Positions 1-7,528 of a DNA stretch of 64,000 bases are shown here, in pieces. How positions within the stretch are numbered: the stretch's first letter is position 1; each line of letters begins with the position of its first letter. The stretch is from Armatimonadota bacterium (GTDB lineage Bacteria; Armatimonadota; SYMT01). The translations under genes were made by a program, and so were the position numbers. The stretch is from contig JBKBRF010000003.1 of NCBI GenBank assembly GCA_046292385.1, positions 32,001 to 96,000 on the forward strand. The letters are read 5' to 3'. The notes beneath the pieces were generated by a model. That model did no database searches and was not told the DNA's origin. It was given only the letters and a program-made list of their open reading frames with translations.

Positions 1-242
1 GGAACCATTCCGGGGCCTGGCCCCGGCGGGTCCCGGCACGAGACTTCGTGCTCAAGGGAGTACTCCTGGGGGGCCCCGCGCGCGGCGGAGGCGCCCCGGT
101 CGAAACGGTGTGGAAGCAGGTCACGCGCGCGGCCCTCCCGCCGCCCCAGCGGCAGCGGCGAGCGGTCGCGCCCGTACGAGCCGCACCCTCCAGAGTCCAC
201 CGACGCCCGCCCCGCGGGGCGGCGGTGTCCGGAAGCGGTTAG
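1..242 (+). CDS. possible 3' end of a hypothetical protein running in from upstream of the window
   Basis: Frame is open from position 3 to TAG at 240-242; no recognisable motif. Confidence 0.3.
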   Translation, partial: NHSGAWPRRVPARDFVLKGVLLGGPARGGGAPVETVWKQVTRAALPPPQRQRRAVAPVRAAPSRVHRRPPRGAAVSGSG

Positions 243-442
243 CTCGCTGGCGACAGCCGGGCCGTCTTCGGCCCGTTCTTCCACACCCTGACCCTCATCA
301 ACTACTCCCAATCCTGTCCGGTAGCTTCTCCGGGGGCAGGCTCCCCCGGCACCTCTCTGTAGAGCGCCCAGGCGCCGGTGCTAAAGCGGCGCGGGGTGTA
401 ACCCCCGCACTTTCTCCGGCCTCCAAAGAGGAGGAGACCACC

Positions 443-2167
443 GTGAGACCGCTGCTGCTCGGATTCTTTCTTTGCCTGATCGCGGCGGTCGCTGCCGCGC
501 CGGCCCCGGCCGGTCCGTTCGGGGGCGATGCGCGGCTGGAGACGCCGTTGCGGGTCCAGGCAGAGGGGATCGCCGTGGCGGACCTCCTCGCGCGGATCTC
601 CGCGGAGACCGGCGTGCGTCTCTCCGCCGAGACGGAAGCGGGCGACGACCGGCTGGTCGCCTTCGGGCCGGCGCGACCGCTGCGGGAGGTGCTGGCGGAT
701 ATCGCCACGCTCTTCGGGCACCGGTGGCGGCGTCGGGAGCTGCGGAGCGGCACGCGGGCCTACGTGCTGGAGAAGCCGGCCGCCGTCCGCAAGCGGGAAG
801 AGGAGCTTGCCTTCGGGCCGCTCCGCCGGATGCAGGGGCAGATGGAGGCCCAGGTACGCGCCCTCCGGGAGTCGCCGCGGCGCTTGGCGCTTCGCCCGGA
901 AACCGACCCGATCCGCCGGCACCTCTCGGAGCCGAAGGCGCGCCTCGCCACCGAGCTCTATGCGCTCCTCCCGCCGGAGCAGCGCGCGGCGCTCTTCGAC
1001 CGCGGCCGCTATCACCTCTTCTTCGGACTGCTTCCGCCGGCGTACCAGGCTACAGTCAAATCGGTCCAGCAGGAGGCCTACCGGCAGGCGGACGCCGGCG
1101 TAGAGTCGATTCGCAGCATCCGCGCCGCCGTGCGGAGACCGCCGGAGACGCCCAGCCTCGACTTCACGTTCCAGTACGGCAGCAGCGGAGGGCGCCGGAT
1201 GTACGACCGCGGCTCCCTGCGGCTCTATCCCGGCGGTATCCAGTTCGCCGAGCTCCGCACGCAGCTCGAGATGCCGGCGCTCCGCGGCAATCCTTACCCC
1301 GGACGACCGCTCGCGACCGATGCGAAGCTGCCGGAGCTGCCCCCGGCGCCGCCCGGCGCACAGCCGGACTGGCGGGAACGGCTGCGGTCGCTTTCGGAGC
1401 AGTCCGGCCGTACGGTGCTGGCGGACTATTACCGTCTGCGGTTTCGGGAGGTGCAGGCGGGCGAGCAGGTGGAGGGGAGTGGTTCCGCGGAAGCGCTCGA
1501 CCAGCTCTGCCTGGCGGACGGCTCGCTGTGGTGGACGGAAGGCGAGACCCTCTTCTTCCGCAAGCGAGATTGGTACCTGCGGCGGCTCTACGAGGTGCCG
1601 GACCGGTGGCTCGTCCCGTGGGTGCGCCGGGTTCAGGAGCAGGGCGGTCGCCCACGGTTCGGCGATCTCCACCGCCTGGCAGAGCTGACGTTCCGGCAGC
1701 AGCAGGGCTTCTCCGCCCTCGGGACCCGGCTGGTCGCGCTCCCCGGCGCGATGGGCTCTTCCCACGAGAACCTGGCCGGAGTCCCGGAGCTGCTGAGCCT
1801 GCTGCGGTCCGGTCCGGCGGCGGGTGCGGAGCGGCCGCTCCTCCTCTACGACGACCTGTCGGACGAGGCCTGGCCAGCGGCAGACGAGGCGATGACCCTC
1901 CGGTTCCCCCAGATGACGCCGGTTCAGCAGCGCCACGTCCCCTTCTTTCTCGCGCTGCAGGAGCGGGAAGTGGAGGCGCTCCCGCTAGAAACCTTCCAGG
2001 TACGCATCCGTCTGATGCGCCTCGCCCCCGGCAAGCGGGAGCTCCCCATGCTCCGCGCCGATATCGAGTGGATGATGAAGGGCCACCAGGGCGATTTCGA
2101 GCTCTACCTCCCCCTCGCCGTCCCGGACGACCGCCGCGCGGCGACCAGCGTGCAGCGGGTCGAGTAG
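443..2167 (+). CDS. secreted hypothetical protein with N-terminal secretin/TonB-N-like segment
   Basis: GTG at 443 after GAGGAG RBS, in ORF 110..2167; signal peptide RPLLLGFFLCLIAAVAAA; DARLETPLRV...VADLLARISAETGVRL segment. Confidence 0.7.
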   Translation: MRPLLLGFFLCLIAAVAAAPAPAGPFGGDARLETPLRVQAEGIAVADLLARISAETGVRLSAETEAGDDRLVAFGPARPLREVLADIATLFGHRWRRRELRSGTRAYVLEKPAAVRKREEELAFGPLRRMQGQMEAQVRALRESPRRLALRPETDPIRRHLSEPKARLATELYALLPPEQRAALFDRGRYHLFFGLLPPAYQATVKSVQQEAYRQADAGVESIRSIRAAVRRPPETPSLDFTFQYGSSGGRRMYDRGSLRLYPGGIQFAELRTQLEMPALRGNPYPGRPLATDAKLPELPPAPPGAQPDWRERLRSLSEQSGRTVLADYYRLRFREVQAGEQVEGSGSAEALDQLCLADGSLWWTEGETLFFRKRDWYLRRLYEVPDRWLVPWVRRVQEQGGRPRFGDLHRLAELTFRQQQGFSALGTRLVALPGAMGSSHENLAGVPELLSLLRSGPAAGAERPLLLYDDLSDEAWPAADEAMTLRFPQMTPVQQRHVPFFLALQEREVEALPLETFQVRIRLMRLAPGKRELPMLRADIEWMMKGHQGDFELYLPLAVPDDRRAATSVQRVE

Positions 2168-2199
2168 AGCCTGTGCCGTAATCCTGACGTACCGCCATA

Positions 2200-3054
2200 A
2201 TGGACGGCGGGCCGGAAGGGAAGGGCTCGCTCGCATGGGAGACGAGCCTCCCGGCGCCAGGGAGGTTTGCGGTGCGGATTTTTGTGGCAGGGCTGCTCGC
2301 GCTGGGGGTGGTCGGGACGGCGGCCGGGGTCACGAGCGCCAACGGGGTGACGGCCGAGGCCCGGCGGGAGAGCCGGCGCGACGACGCGATCTTCCAGACC
2401 TCCACGATCGGGGCGCTCACGGCCGCGGTGCTGGACGGCCACATGACGGTCGCCAAGCTCCAGAAGCACGGAAACTTCGGCGTGGGGACGTTCCACGCGC
2501 TGGACGGGGAGATGGTGGTGGTAGACGGCAGCGCCTACCAGGTGCGGGTAGACGGCAGCGTCCGCCGCGTGCCGGGCTCGACCACCACCCCATTCGCCAT
2601 GGTGAAGTGGTTCCGGCCCGAGCGGAGCGTGAGGATCCAGGGAACGGAGAGCCTGGACGCGCTGGGGCAGCTTCTCGACGGCCTGATCGCCTCCCCGAAC
2701 GTCTCCACGGCGATCCGGATCGAAGGGCGCTTCAACCGCATCCTCACCCGCAGCGTGCCGGCGCAGTCGAAGCCGTATGCCGGCCTCGCCGAAGCGGTGC
2801 GGCAGCAGCGGACCTTCGAGCTCCTCGGCGTAGAAGGGGTGATGGTCGGCTTCCGCACGCCGGAGTACCTGGCGCCGCTCAACAACGGCGGCTACCACTT
2901 CCACTTCCTCACAGCCGACCGCAAGGCCGGCGGCCACGTGCTGGCCGTCGACATCTCCCAGGCCCGGGCGCAGCTCGACAACTCCCTCGGCTTCCGTCTC
3001 GCCCTGCCCGGGTCGCAAGAGTTCGCGGAGGCGGTGCTCCCCGGTCAGAACTGA
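2200..3054 (+). CDS. budA: alpha-acetolactate decarboxylase with N-terminal signal/TM segment (true start may be further downstream)
   Basis: IFQTSTIGAL, GNFGVGTFHALDGEM, GYHFHF and GGHVL zinc-binding motifs. Confidence 0.9.
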   Translation: MDGGPEGKGSLAWETSLPAPGRFAVRIFVAGLLALGVVGTAAGVTSANGVTAEARRESRRDDAIFQTSTIGALTAAVLDGHMTVAKLQKHGNFGVGTFHALDGEMVVVDGSAYQVRVDGSVRRVPGSTTTPFAMVKWFRPERSVRIQGTESLDALGQLLDGLIASPNVSTAIRIEGRFNRILTRSVPAQSKPYAGLAEAVRQQRTFELLGVEGVMVGFRTPEYLAPLNNGGYHFHFLTADRKAGGHVLAVDISQARAQLDNSLGFRLALPGSQEFAEAVLPGQN

Positions 3055-3078
3055 GTGGGAGCAAGGGGGAGCTAGAGG

Positions 3079-3164
3079 GATGAATCCGAACCCTCCGTGA
3101 ACGGGGAGTCTTGCTCCTGCTCCTGCTCCTGCTCGCTGGCGACCTCCGGGGCTCCGGCATGTCC
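3079..3164 (+). repeat. dispersed intergenic repeat family A, copy 1
   Basis: GATGAATCCGAACCCTCCGTG...(CTCCTG)n CTCGCTGGCGACC...CATGTCC; homologues at 11551, 45162 and 47841 (minus). Confidence 0.85.
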
Positions 3165-3187
3165 TGGTGAGGTCCGAACGGTTCCGC

Positions 3188-3280
3188 CGCCCCTCCAGGG
3201 CGGGTGATTGGGACGGCGGAGGTCCGGGGGCTGCGCTGCGCTGACCCCCGGCTATCCTCTCCCGCCCCTCCGGGGCGCCA
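3188..3280 (+). repeat. REP-like repeat family B, copy 1
   Basis: CGCCCCTCC(A/G)GGGC...CCGGGGG(C/T)TGCGCTGCGCTGACCCCCGGCTATCCTCTC..CGCCCCTCCGGGGCGCCA, near-identical at 11694-11788. Confidence 0.85.
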
Positions 3281-3392
3281 GCCCCGCCGCGCCCTGTCTC
3301 TCCGTCCCTCTGTCTCTCCGTCTCAGCGGGGGCTCGCCCACTCCAACCCCGTTAACCGGTCGGAGATCGTCGAATGGCTGGCGCGCTGACGG

Positions 3393-3773
3393 TCAGGAGT
3401 CGGAGGGGGCGGCTCCGCAAAGGAGGTCGGCGAACAGCTCTGCCTGGCGCTCGTCTTCGTCGCGTAAGAAGTCGGGATAGCCGTAGACTACCCCGTGGCG
3501 CTCGTTGTCGTAGATGAGGGCGTGATACAGCTCGTGCGCCAGCACTCGGGCGTCTACGCCCAGCCGCAGCAGGATCAACGGCCAGGGCCAGGGCGCATAG
3601 TAGCCGGGTCGCTGGAGGCGCGGGTGGACGAACACAGTGGTGCCGCGGGCGTGACAGACCTCCAGCAGCTCTCCGTAGGTGGCGCGCGGAGAGAGACCGT
3701 ACTCCGCCCGGATCCGCTCCGCCAGGTAAAAGGCCGGCTCCAGCGGGCCGCGATGATGCGTCAGGGTGTTCAT
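3393..3773 (-). CDS. ImmA/IrrE family zinc metallopeptidase (minimal, 126 aa)
   Basis: VLAHELYHAL (HExxH) plus EDERQAELFADLL (ExxAxxFA) motif; GGGAG RBS. Confidence 0.85.
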   Translation of the reverse strand: MNTLTHHRGPLEPAFYLAERIRAEYGLSPRATYGELLEVCHARGTTVFVHPRLQRPGYYAPWPWPLILLRLGVDARVLAHELYHALIYDNERHGVVYGYPDFLRDEDERQAELFADLLCGAAPSDS

Positions 3774-3821
3774 ACTCCCATCACTCCGACCGGCACGTTC
3801 CCCGGTATACCGCCCGGATTA

Positions 3822-3840
3822 GAACATATGTTTGATTATA
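3822..3840 (-). promoter_or_regulatory. -10 box TATAAT followed by a LexA-type SOS box upstream of the peptidase
   Basis: Minus strand reads TATAAT-C-AAACATATGTTC; this matches the GAAC-N4-GTTC consensus of Firmicutes/Actinobacteria/Chloroflexi with one mismatch. Confidence 0.7.
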
Positions 3841-3885
3841 CTGGCACCTCGCCAGCCGGGGGAGTGCGACGGGTGTCAATGCGGG

Positions 3886-4314
3886 TCAGCCGAGCCCGCG
3901 CTCACGCCGCTTGGCGGCGATGAGCGCCCGCATCGCCTCTTTGAGCGCCCGCAGGTCCTCTTCTCCCAGGTCCTGCGTGCCCTGGAACCCGCGGACGTCG
4001 ACCTGCTCCAGGTCCGGCTCGTAGCTCAGCGCCTCCCGGCGGCGCTCTACCGCCCGCAGCAGGCTCTCCGCCGCCCCGGCGGGGTCCTCCGGCTCGATCC
4101 GGGGGTAGCCCCACGCCTCGCGCCAGTCGTTCACGTCGAGCCCCAGCCCCCGGGCAAACCGCTCCACCGTCTCCACGCCGACGTCACGCCCGTGCCAGAG
4201 CCGCGCCATCGCCTCCCGGCTGAGGTCGAGGCGCAGGTGGGCGGCGTGCTGGGTGAGGCCGCGGGCCTCCAGCTCGGCGCGGACCCGATCGGCGCGTTCT
4301 TGTTGCGGTGCCAT
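3886..4314 (-). CDS. XRE/Cro-C1 family HTH transcriptional repressor
   Basis: ATG 4314 within ORF 3886..5004; RGLTQHAAHLRLDLSREAMARLWHGRDVGVETVERFARGLG HTH; directly upstream of the ImmA-like gene. Confidence 0.75.
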   Translation of the reverse strand: MAPQQERADRVRAELEARGLTQHAAHLRLDLSREAMARLWHGRDVGVETVERFARGLGLDVNDWREAWGYPRIEPEDPAGAAESLLRAVERRREALSYEPDLEQVDVRGFQGTQDLGEEDLRALKEAMRALIAAKRRERGLG

Positions 4315-4370
4315 CAACAACAGTGTAGCCGACGGCTGCCGCGCCGCGTCTCCCGCGGAAGAGAAAAGTT

Positions 4371-4413
4371 GTTGCTGTCTCGGCAGCAACGTGTTACTAT
4401 AGAACAGTAGTTT
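4371..4413 (+). promoter_or_regulatory. sigma70-type promoter with palindromic operator and second LexA-type box
   Basis: TTGCTG(4372)-N17-TACTAT(4395) with TGn extension; GTTGCTG-N6-CAGCAAC palindrome at 4371-4390; GAACAGTAGTTT at 4402-4413. Confidence 0.65.
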
Positions 4414-4459
4414 GCTAGTTCTCCAGCCGGGGCGGCGCTCCGGGGAGAGGAGGTTGGAC

Positions 4460-4504
4460 ATGAAGCAAGCGGAATGGAGCACGAGTAGCTGGAGGTGGAG
4501 ATGA
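4460..4504 (+). CDS. putative 14-aa upstream ORF MKQAEWSTSSWRWR
   Basis: Strong AGGAGG RBS; its stop overlaps the next ATG (ATGA). Confidence 0.35.
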   Translation: MKQAEWSTSSWRWR

Positions 4505-4881
4505 TGTCCGGCCGGACCCCGCTGCCCGAGGGGCACGAAGAGCTGCGGATGGAGCGCCGGTACGGCGCGCGGATCTACAGGGATTACCTGGGCCATCACC
4601 GGCGGACGGAGCCGATCGGCTTCCTCCGCTCGCGCTCGGATGGGCGCCATCACCCGTTCGACAAGCGGGAGCTGCTGCCGGCGGGGCTCTGGGACCTGCA
4701 CGAGGCGGTGCAGGCCGCCGCGCTCGCGGCGGGTCTTCCGTACGCGCAGGTGCTGGCGGCGGCGCGACGGCTGCTGCCTGGCTTCCTGCAATCTTCCTGC
4801 GGCCAGTCGCGCCCGGACCTTCCCACGGAGCCCGTCGATGCACGCGGAATCCAGCCGGAGCCGGGCCGTCTCCCCCGGTAG
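4501..4881 (+). CDS. hypothetical protein
   Basis: GGAGGTGG RBS, GC3-rich codons, first long ORF of the divergent operon. Confidence 0.6.
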   Translation: MMSGRTPLPEGHEELRMERRYGARIYRDYLGHHRRTEPIGFLRSRSDGRHHPFDKRELLPAGLWDLHEAVQAAALAAGLPYAQVLAAARRLLPGFLQSSCGQSRPDLPTEPVDARGIQPEPGRLPR

Positions 4882-5251
4882 CTCGGACCTTTCCCCGGAG
4901 GAGGCGCCCGCCCTCCCGGCGTCACCGGACGAGCGCGACGGCGGCTCCTTCCCCACGGGTCCCGCGTGGGAGATCACGGAGGAGCAGGCATGGCGCTGGT
5001 TCATCCACCGGTTCCGGGACCTCTGCCGGAACCCGGCGTTCCTGGCCCGGGCGTCGCTGGACGAGCACGAGCTGCTGCTGCTGGTCTATGACCTGGGCTG
5101 TTACGAGCAGCAGTGCCTGCGCTGGCTGCGGGCGCCGGAGGTCTACCCGCGGCCCCCGTCGCTCTCGGAGTACCTCTCACCCGGGCGAGAGGAGTGGGGC
5201 GTGGTGGCGCGGCTCGTCCGGGAGCTGCGGGAGGCGGAAGACGCGGAGTGA
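4838..5251 (+). CDS. hypothetical protein
   Basis: ATG 4838 after GGAG in ORF 4640..5251; globular-looking C-terminal part (WEITEEQAWRWFIHRFRDL...). Confidence 0.65.
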   Translation: MHAESSRSRAVSPGSSDLSPEEAPALPASPDERDGGSFPTGPAWEITEEQAWRWFIHRFRDLCRNPAFLARASLDEHELLLLVYDLGCYEQQCLRWLRAPEVYPRPPSLSEYLSPGREEWGVVARLVRELREAEDAE

Positions 5252-5305
5252 GATCCGACGGGCCGGGGCGCGTCCGCGTCCCGGCCCTGGACACAGGAGG
5301 TGCCG

Positions 5306-5863
5306 ATGAGAGAGCGACGCCGGATCCTGGTGCCGAGGAGCGACTGGGAGCGGCTGGTGCGCTGCGCGGGGGAGGAGCGGGATGAGCCGCGGCTGGCGTT
5401 CCGCGACCGGGCGGTGGTGGCGACCTTCCTCTTCTCCGGCCTGCGCTGCGGGGAGCTGACCGGGCTGGACCTGGACGACGTGGAGTGGACCGAGACTCCC
5501 GCCGGGCTGCGCTGCCGGCTGCGCCTGCGGAAGCCCGGCTCCGGCCCCCGGCGCCGGGCCGCGCTGGCGGCGCTCGGGGCGGAGCTGCTGGAGGAGTACC
5601 TCGACCTGCGCCCGGAGTGGGAGTGCCCCGCGCTCTTCCTCTCCCGCAAAGGCGGACGGCTCGATCGCAGCGCCGTCTGGCGGGTGGTCCACCGCGCCGG
5701 AGCCCGCGCCGGCTACCCGGAGCTGCGGCCGGGCGACCTGCGCCGCGCCTTTGCCGCGGAGGCGGTACGCCAGGCCGCGCGCAAGGGGAACAGCCTGGAA
5801 GACGTGGCGCGCCAGCTCGGACACGAGCTGCCGGAGAGCACCCGGCGGTGCGTCCGCCGCTGA
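5306..5863 (+). CDS. tyrosine recombinase catalytic-domain homologue with degenerate active site
   Basis: RDRAVV, SGLRCGEL, LFLSRKGGRL, PGDLRRAFA, LGHELPESTRRC; AGGAGG RBS; no N-terminal core-binding domain. Confidence 0.85.
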   Translation: MRERRRILVPRSDWERLVRCAGEERDEPRLAFRDRAVVATFLFSGLRCGELTGLDLDDVEWTETPAGLRCRLRLRKPGSGPRRRAALAALGAELLEEYLDLRPEWECPALFLSRKGGRLDRSAVWRVVHRAGARAGYPELRPGDLRRAFAAEAVRQAARKGNSLEDVARQLGHELPESTRRCVRR

Positions 5864-5921
5864 CCGGATCCCCCGCGCTCCGGAGAGGTTGAAACCGGCT
5901 ATACTGGGGGCGGATTGTTCG

Positions 5922-6013
5922 CAAGTTGTCAGGTTCCAGGTTGCAGGTTGGGAACCCCTCGACCGTCGGCGGCTTCTAACTTGCTAACCTGCCAACCTGC
6001 AGCTTGCCAACCT
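5922..6013. repeat. inverted arrays of 7-8 bp CAGGTTG / CAACCTG units
   Basis: Same unit recurs at 11876-11910 and 46601-46697. Confidence 0.7.
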
Positions 6014-6026
6014 CGAGCGAGGCTCT

Positions 6027-7145
6027 ATGCACGGTGATTTCGACTTTCCCACGCGCGTGGTCTTCGGTCCCGGGCGGGTGCGCGAGCTGCCGGAGCTGGT
6101 GCGGGAGCTGGGGCGCCAGCCGCTGGTGGTGACCGACCGCGGGGTGATGGGACACCGGGCGGCGCAGCCGGTGCTCGACGCCCTCTCCGCGGGGGACGTT
6201 GACTTTCGGGTCTTCCACGACGTCCAGTCGACCGCCGACGCGGCGACGATCGAAACCGGGGTCCGCCGCTTCATGGAAGGGTGCGACGTACTGGTAGCGG
6301 TCGGCGGCGGCAGCGCGCTGGACGCCGCGAAGGCGATCCGGCTCGGGACCACGCATCCCGGCCCGCTGGAGAGCTACGATTGCTTCTGCGAGCTCCCCGC
6401 GCCGATCCGACCGGAGCTGCCGCCCCTCGTGGCGATCCCCACCACCGCCGGCACCGGCAGCGAGGTGAGCGGCGAGGCGGTGGTAAGCGTGAGCGGCCGC
6501 CGGCACACGCTCTCCAGCCCGCACCTCCAGCCGACCCTGGCCCTGTGCGATCCGGAGCTGACGGTCGACCTCTCCGGCCCGCTCACCGCGGAGGGCGGCG
6601 CCTACGCGCTCACCCACTGCGTGGAGGGGTATCTCGCCCCCGTGTTCCACCCGCTCTGCGACGCGATCGCGCTCGACGGCGCGGCGCGCGCCAGGCGGTG
6701 GCTGCCGGAGGCGGTGCGCAGTCCGCTGAACGTGGAGGCCCGCTCGGAGCTGATGCTCGCGGCGCTCATGGGCGGCATCGCTTCCCGCAAGGAACGCGGC
6801 CTGACCTACGCCTTCTCTGCCGCGCTCGCGGCCGTGGCGGGCACGCACCCCGGCGCCGCCTACGCGGTGATGCTGCCGCACGTCCTGCGCTCCCTGGCCC
6901 CCGCCGTGCCCGAGCGGCTCTCCGTCCTCGCCGCGGCCCTCGGCGCCGGCGCGGGATCACTGGCCGACACCCTGGCCGAGCACTTCGCTAGCCTCAGGCT
7001 GCCCGTCCGCCTGCGCGAGGAGAACGTAACCCACGCCCTCCTCGGCCCGCTGGCAGAGCAAGCGCTGGTGGAAGCGTCCCGCCACCGCCTTCCCCGCGCC
7101 GTCTCCCGCGAGGAGATCGCCGCGCTGCTGGAGTCCGCGTTCTGA
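6027..7145 (+). CDS. iron-containing alcohol dehydrogenase family protein (metal ligands degenerate)
   Basis: FPTRVVFGPG, VGGGSALDAAK, IPTTAGTGSE, ALTHCVE motifs. Confidence 0.85.
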   Translation: MHGDFDFPTRVVFGPGRVRELPELVRELGRQPLVVTDRGVMGHRAAQPVLDALSAGDVDFRVFHDVQSTADAATIETGVRRFMEGCDVLVAVGGGSALDAAKAIRLGTTHPGPLESYDCFCELPAPIRPELPPLVAIPTTAGTGSEVSGEAVVSVSGRRHTLSSPHLQPTLALCDPELTVDLSGPLTAEGGAYALTHCVEGYLAPVFHPLCDAIALDGAARARRWLPEAVRSPLNVEARSELMLAALMGGIASRKERGLTYAFSAALAAVAGTHPGAAYAVMLPHVLRSLAPAVPERLSVLAAALGAGAGSLADTLAEHFASLRLPVRLREENVTHALLGPLAEQALVEASRHRLPRAVSREEIAALLESAF

Positions 7146-7177
7146 AGGGCAGGTGCGCAGGTGCGCAGGTGCAGCGA

Positions 7178-7519
7178 GTGCAAGAATAGATGCAGGCGCG
7201 CTTCGGAGGAGGCCCACGCGGACGACAGTTTCGGAAAGCGACGAGGAAGGCTGCTTCTCACGGGGCCTCAGCCCCGGCCCCTCTCCTGAGAGGAGAGGGG
7301 CCGGGGGTGTGATGCCGCTGCTCCCCCTTCCACTTCAGGAAACGCTTCTCTTCCGAACGGGGGCGGGCTGGGGGTGAGGAGGCGCCGGAGTGCTAACCCG
7401 CCGTGCTAGATCTCGACGGCTTTTCCAAAAGCAGTAAGAGCCCAAGTTCGGCCTTCATCCCTCATCCTTCATCCCTCATCCCTCAGAAGCCCCCATCCCC
7501 CTATCTCCTTTTCTTACAC
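7178..7519 (-). mobile_element. MITE-like composite repeat (family C)
   Basis: Imperfect terminal IRs GTGCAAGAATAG / CTTTTCTTACAC; internal homology to 21421-21630 and 45110-45500. Confidence 0.55.
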
Positions 7520-7528
7520 TTCCAGTAG

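Noticed and set aside
2165..2182. TAGAGCCTGTGCCGTAA resembling an IS5-type end
   Set aside because: No partner inverted repeat or transposase nearby
3874..3879. TTGACA on the minus strand as the -35 for the peptidase promoter
   Set aside because: It is 33 bp from the TATAAT, too far for one sigma70 promoter
3290..5930. attL/attR direct repeats or a tRNA target around the recombinase module
   Set aside because: None found by eye, so the module is not called an intact mobile element
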